The notes beneath the pieces were generated by a model. It saw only the letters and a list, made by a program, of their open reading frames with translations. It ran no database searches and was not told the origin of the DNA. DNA of 64,000 nt, taken from assembly GCA_937863435.1 (NCBI GenBank), contig CALMES010000136.1, positions 15,238 through 79,237 of the forward strand. Direction: 5' to 3'. This DNA is from an uncultured Candidatus Peregrinibacteria bacterium. GTDB lineage: Bacteria > Patescibacteriota > Gracilibacteria > Peribacterales > Peribacteraceae. The position numbers and the translations under genes were made by a program. Positions 47,840 through 56,757 of this stretch are shown one piece after another. Numbering within the stretch: position 1 is the stretch's first letter; every line of letters starts with the position of its first letter.

Positions 47840-48307
47840 TTATAATCCAAGCTGCGTATATATCTCGGATTTATAGTGGTAATCGTCATCTTTGTTCATG
47901 GTGTAGTTTTCTAGAGCATGCTTGATAATGGCTGCATTGAAAGGAACGAAGATGGCTCCGATGTCATGGATCCAGGAAGGACAACGATCATCGCTCTGCC
48001 GCGAGCCATTCAAGTTCACGCCAATGATGGTGCATCCTTTTTCGATGGCCACCTCGGCCTCCCACGGCACATACTTCCTTTTATATTTGGTATTTTCGCC
48101 GATGAGCTGGATGAACTTTCCTGCCATGTTGATGCGCTCACGGCATTTACTTTTCACATAGGCTTCATTATCAGAGTTAATGACATCCGGAAGTTGGCAG
48201 TCAGTAAAGTTGAAATCGATGTGTTCATTATTTTTCCATGCCTGCATCAGGCGGTAATAATTGATGTCATCACTGCTGAAACCGACGAATGTGCGAGGTA
48301 AACTCAT
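47840..48307 (-). CDS. TIR-like domain protein (DUF1863 / ThsB-type)
   Basis: 155 aa with TFVGFSSDDINYY, IQLIGENTKYKRKYVPWEAEVAIEKGCTIIGV. The pattern and size fit the PF08937-type TIR-like fold, with a conserved W-E. Confidence 0.7.
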   Translation of the reverse strand: MSLPRTFVGFSSDDINYYRLMQAWKNNEHIDFNFTDCQLPDVINSDNEAYVKSKCRERINMAGKFIQLIGENTKYKRKYVPWEAEVAIEKGCTIIGVNLNGSRQSDDRCPSWIHDIGAIFVPFNAAIIKHALENYTMNKDDDYHYKSEIYTQLGL

Positions 48308-48464
48308 ATGGGAAGCGATCTTATCCTAATTTTGCTTATAGCTCAATTTGCGTTCTTATTGGTCAATTTCTTACTGAGGCATGCGGGTATAGAACAAAAT
48401 TTGAGATCAAATATTTTGGCTATAGTAAGCCAATGCAAGCGGGTCTATAAACACGCGCACGTAG

Positions 48465-48539
48465 TGGCTGGGGAGGAGGGATTCGAACCCCCGAATGCTT
48501 GCTCCAGAGGCAAGTGCCTTACCACTTGGCGACTCCCCA
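48465..48539 (-). tRNA. tRNA-Gln (anticodon CTG), CCA encoded
   Basis: A manual cloverleaf fold gives acceptor TGGGGAG/CTCCCCA (U1-A72), D arm GCC..GGC, anticodon stem CTTGC/GCAAG with loop CTCTGGA, T arm GGGGG-TTCGAAT-CCCTC, and a 3' GCCA. Confidence 0.9.
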
Positions 48540-48690
48540 ATTGTTCATTTTGATTCTGAGCGCCCCTCTTTTGGTAGAAGAGCCCGGAGATTGTATAAGG
48601 AAAGAGGCTTTCTGCAAAGTGGCAATCGCAGTGGTCGTATACCTCATCATCTGGCCAGCAATCATGTTCCTACGCAACTGGATTTTGCGT

Positions 48691-50913
48691 ATGAGCCTGT
48701 ATACTCATCTGTATCTTTGTCTTATTCGTTTGTCTTTCATTTCTCCAGTACCGGTTCGCTTGAAATACATCTGGTCTTCGGCGCTCTTTGTTGTTGTCTT
48801 GATTCTTCCGCATACGGCGTTTGCCAATCTTAGTTATATCTCTACATATAGCGCTACGACGTCTCCTCTTGGCATAAGCACACCCCGGGCAATGCGTATG
48901 GCAAGCGATGGATCGCTCTATGTGCTTGGCTCTAGCACGTTTCGCATGGCAAAATTTTCGGCCGATGGATCCTCCGCTCAGGCAATTTCGTTTGGAGCAT
49001 CGCTTCCATCAACTGGCAACGGCCTTCTTATAACCGGCAGCACGCTGTATATAACAACAACGGGAACGAGAGTGGTCCGACATGCCATTGTAGGAACGAG
49101 TACGGTGCAGGAAATCACTGCGGGATTGACCGCTTCATCGACGAGCACGGATATTGCATTCCGGCCAGACGGAGCAATCTATGTTACCAAAGGCACGGCA
49201 TTATCAGCGCTCACGACGGATCTTACCTCTATTGTGCCGGATGTATCGCTTAGTATTAACGCAAACCGCATGGCTATGGATGGTGCTGGCAATCTTTATT
49301 ATGTAAATACGATAGCAAAAACGATCCGTAAAGTGACATTTTCGGACAACTCCATCGTTTCTGATTCGGTTTTAGTTTCATTCGCTGCTTCGAGCATCTC
49401 GTTGCAACGAGCTCTGTTTGTATCGCCAGCTGGTGATATCTATTTTGCGGATGCGAGCAGTACGCCTTACATCAGCAAGTATTCATCCGGAGGTGTTCTT
49501 CTGTGGACTTATACTTCACAAGCCGGAGCTGGCACTCTTTCCGGCATGCAGAGCATGACGGTCGATAGTAACGGGATAGTGTACGTCATCAATACGTCGG
49601 GGGTGGTGAAAATGTATTCGCAGGTAGATGTACCAACCGGTGTAACCGCACAAGTCTCTGGCACCAGTGTAACCTTCAACTGGACGGCGCCAACGGATCC
49701 AGCCTACGCGAGCACCAGCATTCGTCGCAGTACAAGTGCGTATCCGATCATCAGTAATGGAACGAGTGTGGCAACCGACATCACGACAACGACTTCTACC
49801 GATAGCGGCCTCGCCGACGGTGTGTATTACTATTCTCTGTTTCACAAGAATGCCAATGGCATCTATAGCGGAGCCGCAAATGCCTTGGTGATTATCGATA
49901 CCAGCGGCTACACCGATGTCTGTGGCACACCGTACGCGTATTGGAAATTGGATGAAACCGGCTCAACACTCGCAATCGATTCCAGCGGCAACGGTTTTAG
50001 CGGAGCGCTGTACAGTACCGCTCCGACCCTTTCGAGTGATGTACCAACCAATACCGGCGTGAGCGACAGTTATAGCTTCCACTTTACGCGAGCAGGCAGC
50101 GGCCAGGCGCTGCAGGCAAGCCGGCCCGTGCAAGACGATTTTACGTTGTGTGCGTGGTTTAAGACGACGGCAACCGGTAGCAATATTTATCATTATACCA
50201 CCATGCCGTTGTTTGAATCCGAAGTGGGCGGAATAGGCAATGACTTTGGTTTCGGTGTAGATAACAGTGGTTACCTGGCCTTTGGGAATGGTGCTCTTGG
50301 CGGCGTGGATACCACTATCCGCAGTACGTCACTCGTCACAACCGGTACGTGGACACACGGCTGCGCTTCGCGGCGCAAAGCAAATGGTGCCATAGCCGTC
50401 TATATTAACGGCGTGCGCGAGGCCAGCGGAACAGGATCCACCACCTCTCTCAATGGCAACGCAAACATGCTGATCGGTGCCGGGAGTGATGGCGGCGTCT
50501 ATTGGGATGGAAATATTGATGAAGCGCGTGTGTACAACACCGTGTTATCTTCCGATGATATCCATGCGTTGGCGACGGGGTTAAATGAATGCCGTGCCTC
50601 CAGTTCGTCGTCATCTTCTTCCAGTTCCAGCAGCACACCTGCCATACAGCGGGGCGGACACAGAGGTGACAGCACTGCGCAAATCGTGAGAGTATTGCGG
50701 TCACGCGAAGCATCTGAGGCGTCAAGCAGTACGCCTGCTCCTGCTCCTGCTCCTGCGCCAAGCCGCACTCTGGCGACATCTTCTCCTGCTTCCAGCCCAC
50801 TGCAAGTACGCACCTGCAGGCGCGTGACCAAATGGTTTAGCACGGATACCGGTACCGTTCGCCGCCTGAATGTACGGCTCATGAAGTGGTTTGGCTTTAC
50901 GTGCGGGGAGTAA
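48691..50913 (+). CDS. large secreted protein: beta-propeller (NHL-like) + FN3-like + LamG/ConA-like lectin domain + poly-Ser / (PA)n linker + basic tail
   Basis: Signal anchor ending HTAFA. The LamG-type end LNGNANMLIGAGSDGGVYWDGNIDEARVYNTVLS. The ORF 5' of 48664 overlaps the tRNA, so the start is set at 48691 (or 48664). Confidence 0.7.
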   Translation: MSLYTHLYLCLIRLSFISPVPVRLKYIWSSALFVVVLILPHTAFANLSYISTYSATTSPLGISTPRAMRMASDGSLYVLGSSTFRMAKFSADGSSAQAISFGASLPSTGNGLLITGSTLYITTTGTRVVRHAIVGTSTVQEITAGLTASSTSTDIAFRPDGAIYVTKGTALSALTTDLTSIVPDVSLSINANRMAMDGAGNLYYVNTIAKTIRKVTFSDNSIVSDSVLVSFAASSISLQRALFVSPAGDIYFADASSTPYISKYSSGGVLLWTYTSQAGAGTLSGMQSMTVDSNGIVYVINTSGVVKMYSQVDVPTGVTAQVSGTSVTFNWTAPTDPAYASTSIRRSTSAYPIISNGTSVATDITTTTSTDSGLADGVYYYSLFHKNANGIYSGAANALVIIDTSGYTDVCGTPYAYWKLDETGSTLAIDSSGNGFSGALYSTAPTLSSDVPTNTGVSDSYSFHFTRAGSGQALQASRPVQDDFTLCAWFKTTATGSNIYHYTTMPLFESEVGGIGNDFGFGVDNSGYLAFGNGALGGVDTTIRSTSLVTTGTWTHGCASRRKANGAIAVYINGVREASGTGSTTSLNGNANMLIGAGSDGGVYWDGNIDEARVYNTVLSSDDIHALATGLNECRASSSSSSSSSSSSTPAIQRGGHRGDSTAQIVRVLRSREASEASSSTPAPAPAPAPSRTLATSSPASSPLQVRTCRRVTKWFSTDTGTVRRLNVRLMKWFGFTCGE

Positions 50914-51285
50914 GACACAGGCCTGCTCCGGCTGAAGGCCAGCGCTCTCATGACCCGGTTTGTCTTTCGGGCGCGCTGCCAGTCTCGGGAATGCATGCCA
51001 CCCTGTTGCCTGGTCATTATTTGATCGGTTTCAAGTCCGGGACTTGTTCGTAAAATTTCTTCGTACGGTCGATGTTGTCAGCGCAAATGTCTAAACAGCA
51101 TGGCAGATTGGGCATGGTCGCCTAATAAAAACATGTGCCTCGAAGAGGCGGTTTTACGCCCGGAGCCGGTAACGGGGAGAAACTCCTGATTATCCGCTTC
51201 CAGAGAGGCTAGAACAGTACTTTGTCTGAAATTCTTTGTTTTCCGGTCATTTGTTGTCCTAGGCCTTTTATTCTGAAGAATTTTG

Positions 51286-51294
51286 TGATATAAT
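51286..51294 (+). promoter_or_regulatory. candidate extended -10 element (TGATATAAT)
   Basis: TGnTATAAT lies 39 nt upstream of the glycosyltransferase ATG. No convincing -35 element. Confidence 0.3.
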
Positions 51295-51332
51295 GATCAG
51301 ATTTTTGACAAAAACCGCAACAAAGACACACA

Positions 51333-52559
51333 ATGTCACTTCATTCGCTCATGTTCGGGTGGGAATATCCTCCAGCACACGCTGGCGGACTGGGCGTTGC
51401 TTGTCAGGGGATTGTGCGCGGGCTGCTTCATCATGGTGCGCAGGTCACATTGGTGTTGCCGCACGATCAGGCTCGTGAGGACGGTGTTGGCATTATTTCA
51501 CCGACGCATGAACAGTGGCAATCGGCGCTCATCAAAATCCCAAGCATTCTGCAGCCTTACGACAGTCCGGAAATCTACGGTGAGCGTTTGGAGTTGCTCG
51601 AATCATCCGTCAAGCACGGCAACGGTATCCAGAATCTGTACGGCAATAATCTCGGGGAAGAAGTGGAGCGCTTCACTTCACTCGCAGTTGAAATGACCAA
51701 GCATGTGAACCCGGATGTCATTCACAGTCACGACTGGATGACCATCGAAGCCGGACGCCTGGCTGCCAAGCATCATCGCAAACCGATGGTGGCGCACGTC
51801 CATGCAACCGAACTCGACCGAACAGAGTTTCACCCCAACGAATGGATTTATCAGCGCGAACGCTACGGCTTGCAGCAGGCAACGCATATTCTGGCAGTCA
51901 GTAACTACACACGTAATTTGCTGATCAAGGAATACGGTATCAATCCGGATAAAATCACGGTGTTGCACAACGGTACGTTCGATTCACCACACGAAGTCCA
52001 TCGGGCAGAGCGCAACAAGAAGCATTCACTCGTGTTATTCCTCGGTCGCCTGACAGTCCAGAAAGGTGCGCTGCACTTCCTGCGTTCGGCACAGAAAATT
52101 GTCACCATCAATCCGGATGTGCGCTTTGTGATTGCCGGTGAAGGCTATTTACAGAAAGAGTTGATTCAGAATGCCTACGACTTCGGGCTTGCCAACAATG
52201 TGATCTTTGCTGGAAAAGTGAAGAGCTCGGAAGCCAAGAAATTGTATGCCAAAGCAGATTGTTTCGTGATGCCGTCGGTTTCCGAACCGTTCGGACTGGT
52301 GGCACTCGAAGCCATTACGCACGGCGCTCCTGTCATTCTCAGCAAGCAGTCGGGCGCGGCCGAAGTAGTGCACAACGCCATGACAGTCGATTTCTGGGAC
52401 ACGGACAAAATGGCGGATTGCATTCTGACGGTACTCAGAGAAAAGCCGCTCACCGACCAAATGCGGACTGAAACACCTCGCATTCTCAGGAATTTAACGT
52501 GGAATAATCAGGGTGGGAAAATTCTGGATGTTTATAAGAATTTAGAACGTAGAACGTAG
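51333..52559 (+). CDS. glycosyltransferase (GT4/GT5-like), putative alpha-glucan/glycogen synthase by context
   Basis: N-terminal EYPPAHAGGLGVACQGIVRGL and C-terminal E-x7-E region PSVSEPFGLVALEA. It sits beside the GH57 and GH15 genes. Confidence 0.8.
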   Translation: MSLHSLMFGWEYPPAHAGGLGVACQGIVRGLLHHGAQVTLVLPHDQAREDGVGIISPTHEQWQSALIKIPSILQPYDSPEIYGERLELLESSVKHGNGIQNLYGNNLGEEVERFTSLAVEMTKHVNPDVIHSHDWMTIEAGRLAAKHHRKPMVAHVHATELDRTEFHPNEWIYQRERYGLQQATHILAVSNYTRNLLIKEYGINPDKITVLHNGTFDSPHEVHRAERNKKHSLVLFLGRLTVQKGALHFLRSAQKIVTINPDVRFVIAGEGYLQKELIQNAYDFGLANNVIFAGKVKSSEAKKLYAKADCFVMPSVSEPFGLVALEAITHGAPVILSKQSGAAEVVHNAMTVDFWDTDKMADCILTVLREKPLTDQMRTETPRILRNLTWNNQGGKILDVYKNLERRT

Positions 52560-52639
52560 AACGTTGAATCCACATTTACCTATAAACCCTCATTATCTAA
52601 AAATCCCTACATACTACGTTCTCAGTTCTACGTTCTTCT
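52543..52639. repeat. intergenic word array, TAGAACG type (3 perfect tandem heptamers) with a complementary arm
   Basis: tagaacg x3 (52543-52563), spanning the GT stop codon, opposed by ctacgttctcagttctacgttct (52614-52636). Confidence 0.8.
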
Positions 52640-52670
52640 CCCGCCTCTCTCACCCTCCCCTCACTCAAGT

Positions 52671-54059
52671 ATGTCAAATCTACATCCCTCAGTCTGTTTC
52701 TACTTCCAGGTCCATCAGCCGTACCGCTTGAAGGATTTGCGCATTACCGACATCGGTGAGCTAAGCGGGGATTACTTCGATGACGAGAAGAACAAAGCGA
52801 TCTTCCGCAAAGTGGCCGAAAAGTGTTATTTGCCGGCCAATGCACGCATGCTCGATATGATTCGCCATAATCCGGAATTCAGGATTTCGTACTCGCTCTC
52901 CGGCGTCTTTATCGATCAGTGTCGTGAGTATGGACCCGACGTCCTTCAATCATTTCAGGAACTGGCTGCAACCGGCAACGTGGAGTTCTTGTGCGAGACG
53001 TATTACCACTCACTCGCTGGTATCTTTTCGCTGCAGGAATTCTGCGCGCAGGTAAAAAAGCATGCCGATACAATCGAGGAACTGTTCGGCAAACGCCCGG
53101 TTGTCTTCCGCAATACCGAGCTCATCTTCAGTAACGAAATCGCACACATCGTTCGTCTGCTTGGTTTTAAGGGAATCCTGGCCGAAGGTGCGGATCACGT
53201 GCTTCATGGTCGCTCGCCGAACATTCCGTTTACGCCACCGAAGTTCCGTTTACCAAAGGAATCCGAAGCGATCATTCGCAAATACAGGATTCACGTAAAG
53301 CCGGTCCGTGAAATCAAAGTTCTCTTGAAAAACTACAAACTCTCCGATGACGTGGCCTTCCGTTTCTCCAACCGCGGCTGGGTCAGCTATCCGCTGCACG
53401 CCGACACATTTGCTGATTGGATCCGCAACTGCTCCGGTCATAGCATCAACCTGTTTATGGACTACGAGACATTCGGAGAACATCAGTGGGCGGACACCGG
53501 TATCTTCGACTTCCTCGGTGCGTTGCCGTATTACTTCCGCCGGGCGCACACACCGACAAGGACGCCATCGGAAGTCATCAGCTCATGGGGCAAAAAGCCG
53601 TGTGATCACATTGATGCGCACGCACCGGTGTCGTGGGCCGATACCGAACGCGACTTATCTGCCTGGCGTGGCAATCATCTCCAGGAAGCGGCTCTTGGCG
53701 GCATTTATGCCCTCGAGGCGCAGATCAAGGCAACCGGCAGCGAGAAGCTGCTCGAAATCTGGCGCAAGCTCCTTACATCCGATCACTTCTACTATCTGTG
53801 TACCAAATACTGGAGCGATGGCGACGTGCACAAGTATTTCAGCCCCTACGAATCTCCGTACGAAGCGTATCGCCGCTACAGTCACGCACTCGAAGATTTG
53901 AGAATGGTCTTGGCCGATTTCGAAAAGCCGAAGTTGATCATCGCTCGCATTACGTTTGATGGAGATTCGAAGATACAAGAAACAAGCATCAAAAAATTCG
54001 AAGGACCAAGAACCAAATCCGAAACAAAATCGAAAAACAAACAACGAAAAACGAAATAA
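52671..54059 (+). CDS. glycoside hydrolase family 57 (alpha-amylase / branching-enzyme type)
   Basis: N-terminal CFYFQVHQPYR with conserved GH57 blocks (GNVEFL, ETFGEH). The C-terminal tail is encoded by purine-rich word repeats. Confidence 0.85.
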   Translation: MSNLHPSVCFYFQVHQPYRLKDLRITDIGELSGDYFDDEKNKAIFRKVAEKCYLPANARMLDMIRHNPEFRISYSLSGVFIDQCREYGPDVLQSFQELAATGNVEFLCETYYHSLAGIFSLQEFCAQVKKHADTIEELFGKRPVVFRNTELIFSNEIAHIVRLLGFKGILAEGADHVLHGRSPNIPFTPPKFRLPKESEAIIRKYRIHVKPVREIKVLLKNYKLSDDVAFRFSNRGWVSYPLHADTFADWIRNCSGHSINLFMDYETFGEHQWADTGIFDFLGALPYYFRRAHTPTRTPSEVISSWGKKPCDHIDAHAPVSWADTERDLSAWRGNHLQEAALGGIYALEAQIKATGSEKLLEIWRKLLTSDHFYYLCTKYWSDGDVHKYFSPYESPYEAYRRYSHALEDLRMVLADFEKPKLIIARITFDGDSKIQETSIKKFEGPRTKSETKSKNKQRKTK

Positions 54060-54102
54060 CCTTATCCCAAGTCCTAATCCCTACGTCCTAACCCCTCGCC
54101 CC
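53968..54102. repeat. word arrays: purine-rich AGAACCAA type followed by CCTAA/CCCTA type
   Basis: cgaagatacaagaaacaag...ttcgaaggaccaagaaccaaatccgaaacaaaatcg, then ccttatcccaagtcctaatccctacgtcctaacccc directly before the GH15 ATG. Confidence 0.75.
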
Positions 54103-56178
54103 ATGCCTCGCTCTCTTGTCCTCGGCAACGGCTCGCTCCTCGTCACCTTCGATGAATTCCTGCAAATGCGGGATTTCTACTACCCGTATGTGGGAGAAGA
54201 GGATCATACGACGTACGGCAAATTCCATCGCGTCGGATTCTTTGTCGAGGAAAAGGGATTTTCGTGGACGAACGACGGCAGCTGGAAGATCCGCGCCAAC
54301 TATATGGATTCCTCTCTGGTCTCCGAATCCACCATGATCAATGAAAAGCTTGGACTTGAAATCATCTCCGAAGATTTTGTGGATCCGACACGCAACATGC
54401 TTATCCGCGGATTCCGCATCCGTTCGACCGACGGCAAGGAGCATGCGCTCAAATGCTTCTTTCATCATGATTTCTACCTGTACGGTGACAAGCAGAAGGA
54501 TACGGCGTTCTACGAACCGCACACCAAGACAGTCATTCACTACCGTCAGAATCGGTACTTCCTGGTTGGCGGCACAACGAGCGATCCGCTCAACTGCAAG
54601 ACGAGTGATCCACCCGATGCATTCCATCCGTTTTTCAAGAATGACGAGCACATCGATCACTGCGGTATCGTCGGTTTCTCCATCGGCAAGTCCAACTATC
54701 GCGGACTCGAAGGCACGTGGCGCGACGCCGAAGACGGCCAGTTGAGCGGTTTCCCAATCGAACAGGGTTCTGTCGACTCGACCGTGGAAATCGATTGTCT
54801 CATTCGCCCCGATCGCGACACAACGGTGAACTTGTGGGTATGTGCCGGCAAACACATCAGCGAAGTGCACGATCTGCAGCACGCGATTTTGCAGGACACA
54901 CCGGATCAAATCAAAAAGTCGGCCAAGAATTACTGGAAAGGCTGGTCGCATTCGCACCGCGATCCGGGCCCGGCTCTCGCTGAAAATCTGCGCGATTTAT
55001 ACTGGCGCAGCTTGCTGACTATCCGCACCCAGATCGATAATAACGGCGGCGTAATTGCTGCAGCCGACAGCGACATTATGCAATTCAACCGCGATACCTA
55101 CACCTACGTCTGGCCACGCGACGGCGCTTTCGTCTCGCTCGCACTCACCAACGCCGGACAGAGCGAAGTGGTCGCACGCTTTCTGGATTTCTGCGCCCGT
55201 GTGCAAACCCACGAAGGCTACCTGCTTCACAAATATAATCCCGACGGTTCGCCAGGTTCATCGTGGCATCCGTGGTATGCCAACGGTCATTCGCTGCTGC
55301 CTATTCAAGGTGATGAAACGGCGTTGCCGCTCGTGGCACTCTGGCGCCACTTCGAGAAATTCCAGGATTTCGAATTCCTGCACACCATGTTCCAGAACTT
55401 CGTGAAGAAAGCCGCCGACTTCCTGGTCGATTATCGCGAAGAAGAAACAGGATTGCCGCTGGCCAGCTACGACTTGTGGGAGGAGCACCGCGGTATTTCC
55501 ACGTTCACCACCGCGGCAACATGCGCCGGCCTGCGTGCCGCTGCGCAGATTGCAACGGCACTCGGGCACTACCGTCACGCCGAAAAATACAACGAAGCCT
55601 ATACCAAAATGCTGCAGGCGATGCTGGTGTATTTATACGACGAAGAAACGCAGTGCTTCATGAAGAAAATCCAGCGCAAAAACGGTCAGACAACCGACCG
55701 CGACACCACTCCCGATGCGAGTATCTCGACCATCTGGATGTTCGGTATTCTGCCACCAGATGATCCGCGCGTTGTTTCTACCATCAAGCGTCTCAAAGAC
55801 AAGCTGACAGTGCGCACAAGTATCGGCGGCATTGCACGCTACACCAACGATTACTATCAGACGGTCACGCCGCCGACAGCCGATGTCCCGGGTAATCCGT
55901 GGATCATCACCACGTTGTGGTTTGCGCAGTGGCAGATTGCAACCGCCAAGAAAATAGAAGATTTGGAAGAGCCGCATGCCGCACTCCAATGGGCGCATCG
56001 TATGGCGACAGTCTCGGGTATTCTGCCCGAACAAATGCATCCGTTCACCGGCGCGCCGCTCTCGGTTGCACCGCTTACGTGGAGCCACGCTGTCTACGTC
56101 GATACTGTTCTTCGTTACTCCCAGAAACTCGCCGAAATGACGCAGGGAGGGAAGAGTGAAACACAGGTGTTGTGGTAA
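54103..56178 (+). CDS. glycoside hydrolase family 15 (glucoamylase / glucodextranase-like)
   Basis: N-terminal LGNGSLLVTFD and the catalytic region YTYVWPRDGAF. The length and (alpha/alpha)6 pattern are typical of GH15. Confidence 0.85.
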   Translation: MPRSLVLGNGSLLVTFDEFLQMRDFYYPYVGEEDHTTYGKFHRVGFFVEEKGFSWTNDGSWKIRANYMDSSLVSESTMINEKLGLEIISEDFVDPTRNMLIRGFRIRSTDGKEHALKCFFHHDFYLYGDKQKDTAFYEPHTKTVIHYRQNRYFLVGGTTSDPLNCKTSDPPDAFHPFFKNDEHIDHCGIVGFSIGKSNYRGLEGTWRDAEDGQLSGFPIEQGSVDSTVEIDCLIRPDRDTTVNLWVCAGKHISEVHDLQHAILQDTPDQIKKSAKNYWKGWSHSHRDPGPALAENLRDLYWRSLLTIRTQIDNNGGVIAAADSDIMQFNRDTYTYVWPRDGAFVSLALTNAGQSEVVARFLDFCARVQTHEGYLLHKYNPDGSPGSSWHPWYANGHSLLPIQGDETALPLVALWRHFEKFQDFEFLHTMFQNFVKKAADFLVDYREEETGLPLASYDLWEEHRGISTFTTAATCAGLRAAAQIATALGHYRHAEKYNEAYTKMLQAMLVYLYDEETQCFMKKIQRKNGQTTDRDTTPDASISTIWMFGILPPDDPRVVSTIKRLKDKLTVRTSIGGIARYTNDYYQTVTPPTADVPGNPWIITTLWFAQWQIATAKKIEDLEEPHAALQWAHRMATVSGILPEQMHPFTGAPLSVAPLTWSHAVYVDTVLRYSQKLAEMTQGGKSETQVLW

Positions 56179-56204
56179 ATTAGGGCTAGGGTTTGGGTTG
56201 GGGG
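56179..56204. repeat. TTAGGG-type word array complementary to 54069-54097
   Basis: attagggctagggtttgggttggggg lies immediately after the GH15 stop codon. Confidence 0.7.
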
Positions 56205-56328
56205 CTTGTCCTGAGAATTGAAGCATTGAAATAAGGGCTTGCCCTGAGCGAGCGAGAGCGATCGAAGGGTGTACAAGCGTCACAGGCAATTGCTTGTCAG
56301 TCGCATATACTTTGCTTACTGTGTATTT

Positions 56329-56634
56329 ATGATCAAAAGCGACAATCAGGCAGCGGCAACCAAGCAAGATCTTTTGGATGTTCTTGGTACGATAATGGGG
56401 GCTATCGGCGGACTTGAAAATCGTATGAATGGATTTGAGACGCGCATGGATGGTATGGAAGCAAGAATGGATGGCATGGCCACCAAAGATGATCTCGAAA
56501 ATCTCAAGCATCAGCTTCTGTTATCCGATGAACAAACACGCCGCGATATCGCCGATATGTATCAAGATCAGCTCGCATCGCATGATGACCGCATCACAAT
56601 GCTCGAATTGGTGACTGGTTTAAAGGCGGCATAA
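56329..56634 (+). CDS. coiled-coil protein with three ExRM(D/N)G(M/F) heptad repeats
   Basis: ENRMNGF ETRMDGM EARMDGM, followed by a heptad-rich helix. Called as an ORF only. Confidence 0.5.
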   Translation: MIKSDNQAAATKQDLLDVLGTIMGAIGGLENRMNGFETRMDGMEARMDGMATKDDLENLKHQLLLSDEQTRRDIADMYQDQLASHDDRITMLELVTGLKAA

Positions 56635-56691
56635 ATACTGGCGAGTAAAACGATTCTTATTGCTCATTTGTAGTTTTAGTTTTTTTTGACG

Positions 56692-56747
56692 CTTGTATCT
56701 TGTATCTTGGAAGTTGTTTCGAGTTTTGTTCTTCGTCCTTCGTATTT
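56692..56747. repeat. T-rich heptamer word array (reverse complement of the AGAACCAA type)
   Basis: cttgtat cttgtat cttggaa gttgttt cgagttt tgttctt cgtcctt cgtattt. Eight consecutive 7-mers ending 10 nt before the ROK kinase ATG. Confidence 0.8.
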
Positions 56748-56757
56748 TCACCTCTTT

